Source: Paramecium tetraurelia (Eukaryota). From it: 64,000 bases of DNA. Each line of letters begins with the position of its first letter. Position 1 is the stretch's first letter. Below the pieces are notes generated by a model that ran no database searches, had not been told where the DNA came from, and saw nothing but the letters and a program-made list of their open reading frames with translations. Shown piece after piece: positions 54,993 to 64,000 of this stretch. Made by a program: the position numbers and the translations under genes. Where the stretch lies: the NCBI GenBank assembly GCA_000165425.1, contig CT868018.1, positions 137,204 through 201,203 of the forward strand. Reading direction: 5' to 3'.

Positions 54993-55477
54993 TCATTTAG
55001 ATTGATCATCATTTCCTTCTTCTATAAGAGCTTCTTGACTAGTGATTGCTTTAAGTATAATTTTTTTACTTGGCTCTTAAATGAAGCCAGCCAATAGCAG
55101 TTCATCTAAGATGTAATAGGCTTTATGGAAATTGAAGATGAGGTCTAACTCACAGACATTACCGAAGTACTTATCCAAGACTTCCACGAAATGATGAATG
55201 ATCTCCAAAATCAACAGTTCATTGTCTTCCTTATCACAAATAGCTATGAAATAAAGTGAGGCATATCGCTTATAAACAATCTTGTATTCCACATACTCCA
55301 AGAAGTTGCACATCTTTTGGCCGCGTGTCAATACTAATGAGTTTATCTTTACAATAACATCAATGGCAATACTTCCTTTAAAAAACGTTGCTTCTCCCTT
55401 GTGGTGAGTGACTGATTGTACCACTTCGTCAATCTGGTCTTGCCTTGTCTGCTAACTAGAAATAAACACTAGATCAT
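54993..55477 (-). CDS. AP1S: Clathrin adaptor AP-1 complex sigma (small) subunit
   Basis: [68 protein letters not shown]; one intron. Confidence 0.93.
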
Positions 55478-55509
55478 TGTGGAAACTCTTTTAATTTATT
55501 AATTAAAAT

Positions 55510-57175
55510 ATGTTACTCATGAATGAATCCATAAATGTATTAATTCAATATATACTACAAGGTGACCATTCCTTCGTATCAATAGGAATCTTCAAACGTG
55601 CAATACGTGATCGATATCAAGACGAGAAATAAGCAACAATGGCAAATTCCTAAGCGCTATTCTTAATTCGAGGATTTGCACAAGAAATTGATCCCACTCT
55701 TTCAAGAACTCCCTGAATTGCCAAAGAAAGCCTTCATTACATTCTTGGTTGGAAAGTCAAAGGAATAATTGGAGGATCGAAGAGCTGGCTTGGAGAAATA
55801 TCTTTAGTAATTAATAGTTCGTCGTGAGATATATCATTCCTAATTACTCCGAGACTTCTTGCAGGTATAGTAATCTGTAATAAGCTTGAATAATGCGAAG
55901 AAATTCTCCCTCCCAACTTACTTCATTCCTTTAAGACAATTATGGGCATACGTGATGTTGCCCAATCTGACCAAGGAGTGATGTTCCTCCTCTAAGCAGA
56001 TATGAGTGTGTTAAATAGAGTGGATGCTTATGTCAACAACATGAAAATGCCTTGGGATTCAGAATAGGGAGAACTCAAAACCATACCAGTTGGATAAGTT
56101 GAATGCTACATAAAGTAAGAAGAAGGAGAGTTTTGCTATAAGAAATTATGGACCAAAGAGTATAGTACTTAAGCAATTTGCATGTTTTATGAGCCAATCA
56201 CATGCACCTTGCTTGTTGGGTAACACAATAAACTAATAATATAGATTGGACTCTGGAAATATTAATTTTATTAAGGTGTCAGAAAGGGATTCTTTCCAAA
56301 AATACGAATAGAGCATTGAGATTGAAATTCATATGGCCAGAATAATGGGTTTGTTTTATAGAAATGGGCAGATTCATTCTGTTTCTAAAGATACTCATTA
56401 CAAAGTCATTGATATGGATTAAGGTGGATTAAAATCAGGTTTAACTTTTCACTTATCATCTTAGATTTTTCGATTGGCAAACACGAACTAACATCATTGA
56501 CATATAATGAATAGAGACAAATCTCTGTAGTTGGTAATAGGAATGGTTAACTGTATATACTAAACATAAAGCCTGCGTAACCAATAGTAATGTTGACTAT
56601 TGAGACGAGCACTTCATTTATCAGAGGTCTAGTTTTGGACTACTAGAAGAACTATTTAATATCCGTATCTTATGATGATGGTGTGATTTGTGTTTTAGAT
56701 GTTGGCAAATGTCTACAAGAGAATGTGGGCAAGATTAAAACCAAAATTTAAGCCAAAATTAAAGTATAATAAAACCATTACTTTTTAGACTAGAGAAGTT
56801 CAATGGTCAAGTAAACGAGGGGAATTGTTCGTTGGTAATGATGATGGGACAGTCACAATTTACAATGCACTAGATTTACAACCTTAATGTAATATGTTTT
56901 CTTATCTCCCAGTTGTACTAAAGGCACATGATAAAGCCATCACTAAATTGATTTGGTAGGAATCTACTCAGATACTTGTTACTGGTGGCAAGGATGAGTT
57001 GATTAAGTGGTGGCATTTTCCAAAAAAGTGGAAGGCTGGTGATCAAGATGAGTAGGTCAAATCAAAACAGTTGATTGAGGCCAAAATGGACAATATCTTA
57101 AAGTTGTAAAATTAGAATCAAAAAGTTGATTCAGATGAGGAAGATGAGACAGGTTTAGGCAATTGGCATAAATGA
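55510..57175 (+). CDS. PX-domain plus WD40-repeat protein
   Basis: PX: KRYSQFEDLH...LPELPKK...RRAGLEKYLQ; WD40: KAHDKAITKLIW...LVTGGKDELIKWWHFP; five tiny introns. Confidence 0.88.
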
Positions 57176-57232
57176 TATAGCATGATGACTTCATCAAATT
57201 CTTAACAAATTATATAAAATTTATTTTACAAT

Positions 57233-58509
57233 ATGCAGCAATAGCAATCAATCAACGTAAGATCGATAGTATACATCATAGAATCGAAATTATTTCTTAC
57301 TCATATGAGGGTACGCAACCCATTTTTTATTAAATTTCAGTCAAAGTTGGAATTAAATAATGGATTGTATATAAAAGATATTCGTAATTCGAAGAGTTGA
57401 ATCGTATTCTTGAATTAACCTTTAAATAGCTACCTATATTGCCTAAGAAAAACTTCATAACATTTCTAGTTGGCAAATCAATTGAACAAATCAATGAACG
57501 CAAATATGGACTATAGCGCTATTTATAGACATTAGCCTCTAGATAAGATATTTTAGATAATGATTCTTTTTAATAATTCTTAAAACTCAAACAGCCAGAA
57601 TAATTAATTAAAGAAGAGTTATTCAAGGAAAATATCATTGAATAAGTGTAGAGTCCCCTTAAAATCAAAAACTAATTTGAAGAAATCTAAGATAACTAAC
57701 CTAAACCTCAATAAGTATTCGTTGGTAAAAGAGATTATCAATAATAAACCTCATTCATTGAAAATTAAATTGAATAAGCAAAAAATAACTCCTTTGAATA
57801 ACCTGACAATTAGCAATCCTCAGACATCAAGTAAAATTAATCAAATGATGATGCTGAATTAATCGCATAAATGAAAACACAACTTCAAGAGTTCTATGAT
57901 CAGATAACTGAAAAAGATGCCATTATCTCTAATTTCAATCAAAAAGAACTTGAAACCTAGGAATATTATAACTAATAGATCTATGAGAAGCAGTATAGAA
58001 TTAATGAATTGAATGGGTAAGTTAGCTAATATTAAGAATCCTATGCAGAATTGTAGAAATAGTATTAAGATATGCAAAATTATGTTGAAGAGTTGAAAAT
58101 TAAACTTCAAGAAAGCTAATAATATGCTTAGTCATTAGAATAATAATTCAATGAGCAATAAAATTTAATCTCACAATAGATGGCATCAATAGGGTATGAG
58201 AATTTAAATTAAACATAATTATCATAAATAATAATTGAGTAATAAAAGAAAATAGATTAATAAATTCAAACCGACAGAGAAAGAGAACTTGAGTTCAAGC
58301 ATGAATTAGAAAAACATTATATAGTCGAGGCATAAAGAGATGAATTATTTTAAGAAAATTAATTATTAAAGGATCAATTAGAGGAAGAATTACAATAAAG
58401 AAACGAGTAGACTGAAGCTATAGAGCAATTGAAATTAGAAATGGAATATCTATAAATGCAATTAAAGGAGAAATAAGAACTATTAGATATTAAAAATGAA
58501 TTATCATGA
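57233..58509 (+). CDS. PX-domain plus coiled-coil protein (5' end ambiguous)
   Basis: KRYSQFEELN...LPILPKKNFITFLVGKS...ERKYGLQRYLQ then a Q/E coiled coil; the start needs either a 1-nt correction after the first intron or ATG 57172. Confidence 0.75.
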
Positions 58510-58833
58510 TTAAATAAATAATTTAAACAACATTCAATTAAGGATAAAGTTTTTATGCCTCTTATGACCATCCCCATTTAGTTTAGCAATCAATATCATC
58601 ATTGCTTTGTTTTTTATCAAAATCATCTGGCTTAAAAAATTGATTATTAGTTCAGTCCATAAGATTTTATTAAGTTAATGGTATGTTAACTTTATGAATA
58701 ATGTTAAAACAGATTTTTGACTTAACATCCAGCTAGGATTTGGTATTTATTGTCCATTTCAATATAAATAAAAAATACTAATTATATATTATTTCTATGA
58801 AACTTTGAGAATATGAAAGTTTATTTAATGTAA

Positions 58834-60576
58834 TCATAATAAGTGATTATTTTTCCTTCTCTCTTTAATTATGAATTACAGCTTTTCAATAATATTCTTT
58901 ATTTTTTATGATTCTTCTTTTATTTTTATTTTATCGGCATCCTAATTTTCTTGGGGAAACATGAATTTTATTACTTTGATTTTTTCATCATCCTTAAGAT
59001 ATTTTATTATCAGTATTTAATTATTTTTCAATCCAACCTTAAGGATGGACGAAATTTAAATTCTTTTATAATCCTTAGATTGTCCAGAATAATGATTTTG
59101 CAATAAAAATTGAACCACCCATTTCGTTATCTTGTAGAAAGAATATTTTTATTGTTTTTGATTGGCGTAGTAGTAATAAAAGTCAAAAAAGTCTATTCCA
59201 ATAATGACTTCACTTATTAATCCATTGTTTTCTATCTTTAATAACTTATATTCTTAATAGTTAAACATCTAGAGAGCTTTTTGATCAAGTTAGTCATCTT
59301 TTTGAATTATGGAGGAAGTTTTCGACTTCATTGAAGATGTTTTGAATCCATAATTGTTATTAGGATCATTGAGATGATCTGAAGAAGCCTTGCATTAAAT
59401 AATTAACCAATGAATTGGAAGTAAGGAGATTGGGAATTTAATATCCAATGGTTCTTAATTGTTGACATTAACACAGGGGTATTTAAGTAGGAAAATACAT
59501 TCGCTTTGGTTATACTTAAAATTGTTTCTCTTTTATAGTTATTTATAGATATCCAAAATGGTTGTGTTTTGGTCGAATTTTAAATTGTAAAATATTTCAT
59601 TTTAGGTGTCTTCTATTAATAAAATGATTTAAGTTGGATACGTCTTATGAGTTATTTCGATAGTAGATAAATCAATGCCAAACATTGAAGTGTCTGATAT
59701 TTATAGAGTGAGCCTTTTGAAATTAATTTTAGAATTTAATTCCAAATTAAAGTACTCCCTGTCCATATTCATTCCAACGTTATCAGTGATATATTAATAT
59801 TACTGGCCATCATTCTATTTCATAATCTAATTACTAGCAAGACTATCTTTAAATGATGGTTGTGCTGAAAAATCACAATAATCATCAAAGCTTGTCAGTT
59901 AATAAGCCAATGAGAAGTTTGAGTATTTTAATAAGTTCTAATCGAATTCTGCGGTTCTCTTGTATTCCTGAATTGCAAGAACTATTAGTTCACAGGCCAA
60001 GATTTCCTTATTGACAAAGAGAGTCTTTGAGTATCGCGAGTTTAAGTAGTTAATGGAGACTGTAATGACATTTTTATTTTCGTTAGTTTTAAATAAGGGA
60101 GTCATTAATGATCTCTTAGAAGAAATCAATACTAGTGTTTTGGCACTTCTTTTGCTATTACGATATCTTTTAAACTTTTCTTGTTCTAGAATCACCTATG
60201 AAAATGATTTCGTATGTTCTTTGTAAGATGAGTTACTGCGTTTTAATGCAATTTTCTAGGGTTATACATTATATTTTTCCTTTTCGTCTTCGTTGACTTC
60301 GAGAGTGGCTTAATTTTCATTAACTTCACTTTGGCTACTTTGATTATTTGTTCTGACTAATTGATTCATTTTAAGGTTAAACTCCGAATCTTGGCTACTT
60401 TTGATAATGTTGGTCACGTTTGAGGCTTGATCCTATTGTTAACACTGTTAATAGAGACATTCGATATCGTTCCAATCAAATTCTTTGCTGTTCTATTCTT
60501 TTGATGAGCAAGTGCTTCTGGATTAGTTGTTCCACTTGATTGGTTATTAGTGCATTTGCAAATATAAATTGTCCAT
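58834..60576 (-). CDS. SIN1/Avo1-like protein (CRIM-like middle domain, C-terminal PH-like domain)
   Basis: ELIVLAIQEY...AYQL middle block; YQEYKLLKIENNG...IIGID and IIEKLQFI resemble the SIN1 PH domain. Confidence 0.55.
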
Positions 60577-60759
60577 TACAATTAAAATATGATTAAACAA
60601 TAAATTAATTTTGATCATATTTTAAGATAAACCCTAATAGTGATATATTGGCTACCACCTTCTCACATTTGTGCAAACGACTTTAATTATATCATTTGTT
60701 GCTATTTAATTTAAAATATATCAATTGAGTATAAATTATTTATTTAGAATAATTAAGAA

Positions 60760-61320
60760 ATGGATAAATTGTAATAATTAATTTAAGAGTTCTTCAATGT
60801 TTTAGAATAGAATTTCTTTCTTTCTAGAGAATTCAATAAGATTTTTGTATCCCAAGACAATGCCAAATAAATAGCATAGGAAAAAAAATATTAAGAACTG
60901 ACAATTAAACTGCTTGAGTTTATTTTGTCTATCCATAAGAGCAACCAACACTCTGCACTACAGGATAGAATTGCTCAAACTCAAAAACTACTATTAAATT
61001 ACCATAGTTAAATCAATCAATCACAAAAAAGGGAAATATAACCATTAAATTAAAATTTTGACATTCCTACAGTCAGCAATTATAAAAGCAATCCAGTCTC
61101 TCCTAGAAATGTCTAAATCAATTAAAGTAAAAGTGCATAAAACTTACATGGACTTGAGAAGAGACAAAAGTCAAATTAGAACCCAGTTTAAGGAATGACA
61201 AAAGGAACCCCCAATAGTTCATCTTCATAGAGATTCTTTATCGAAGATATCCCCAAGATGGGCAAATCGCATGTAAAAGATGATCAATAGAGGAATTACA
61301 ATATTATTACTGGAATGTGA
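60760..61320 (+). CDS. Hypothetical protein (186 aa) ending in YNIITG
   Basis: Intronless frame ATG to TGA in the ciliate code. Confidence 0.7.
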
Positions 61321-61944
61321 AAGAAAATGAATAAATGAATTATGAGCTTCAATGATATAAATATAATAATTTAGACATATTGATTATGGTATCAAATTGT
61401 TTACTTGTGCATGAGTATCCACCAAATCTTTGATGGTAATATTTTTAAAATCATTTTATCATAATTTTACCTACAATCAAAATCAAATTATGGAAACTAA
61501 TTCGAAATGAAATAAAATTTTAGTTAATACTCTTAATCTTAGGCTCTTAATGCTTAAATTTTGAATATATAATGTTCTACTTGATTAGATGAGCTTTATT
61601 TTTTATACTTTATATCTACCATATTTTTGTAGTAATTATATCAATAATATTTTGTTTATAAGAACTGTATAATTAATTCTAAGATATGGTTGATTCATCT
61701 AGTACTTAAGATAAATGCTCTAGTTTCAAAATAGGAGAACTCTTAATTGGAATCTTTTTACAGAATCAAAAATATAGTAATTGAACACAATAAAGGATAT
61801 ATTTTATAGACACCTTTGAAGTTCAACATCATACAGCCTTTAACCCTACTCCCTTATCCTATTTATTATCCCTATTCTGCATGAAAGATATCAATGATGA
61901 GAAGAATTAAGACTGAGATTAATTGAATTAAAATCATAAAATTA

Positions 61945-63768
<1,824 letters not shown>

Positions 63769-64000
63769 ACAATCAATCATATTAATAAATCAATATACAA
63801 TATTCTTATTATTATAAATACTACGCTAAGAAGGTTTAAGAAGTTATACAATTTGTGATTTAAAAACATCGCCATTAATTGCATTATGAGACTTAATAAA
63901 ATTGTGGATATCATATATATTAATTTAATTTTAATGATAAATAGTAATGAAGTTTCTCCTGTTAAAATGTCCTAAGGTATTAATTGATGTTTATATCCCA

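Noticed and set aside
61330..61940. Possible short gene upstream of parafusin
   Set aside because: Frames are interrupted by TGA and no motif was recognised.

Overview
This is AT-rich, gene-dense eukaryotic DNA from a ciliate macronuclear genome, almost certainly Paramecium tetraurelia. Genes read only with the ciliate code (TAA/TAG = Gln, TGA = sole stop), introns are tiny (about 21-34 nt, GT..AG), and the last gene matches from recall parafusin/phosphoglucomutase pp63-1. The supplied ORF track uses the standard code, so it fragments real genes and reports many antisense or wrong-frame ORFs. Manual re-translation gives 33 protein-coding genes, one tRNA-Glu(TTC) and a frameshifted MORN pseudogene. 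Recognisable genes include an RBR E3 ligase 3' end, a ULK-like kinase, a RING-LON protein, Alba, Rab2, Ubc4/5, a GMPPA-like protein, Atg3, a DUSP-USP, an M16 pseudopeptidase, a MORN protein, two tandem ~1,700-aa PAS-like membrane proteins, an RCC1 protein, an alpha-kinase, DRC10, a Bdp1-like SANT protein, Cox19, AP-1 sigma, two PX proteins, a SIN1-like protein and parafusin. I found no mobile element, CRISPR array or clear new multi-gene system. The best leads are unusual single-gene architectures: a 4xCCCH-vWA-alpha-kinase-Cys-rich protein, an Alba with an (RDN)n tail, a membrane-anchored dead insulinase, degenerate GTPase fusions, and a duplicated PX module with a frame anomaly. Family calls rest on motif recognition by eye; no database searches were run.
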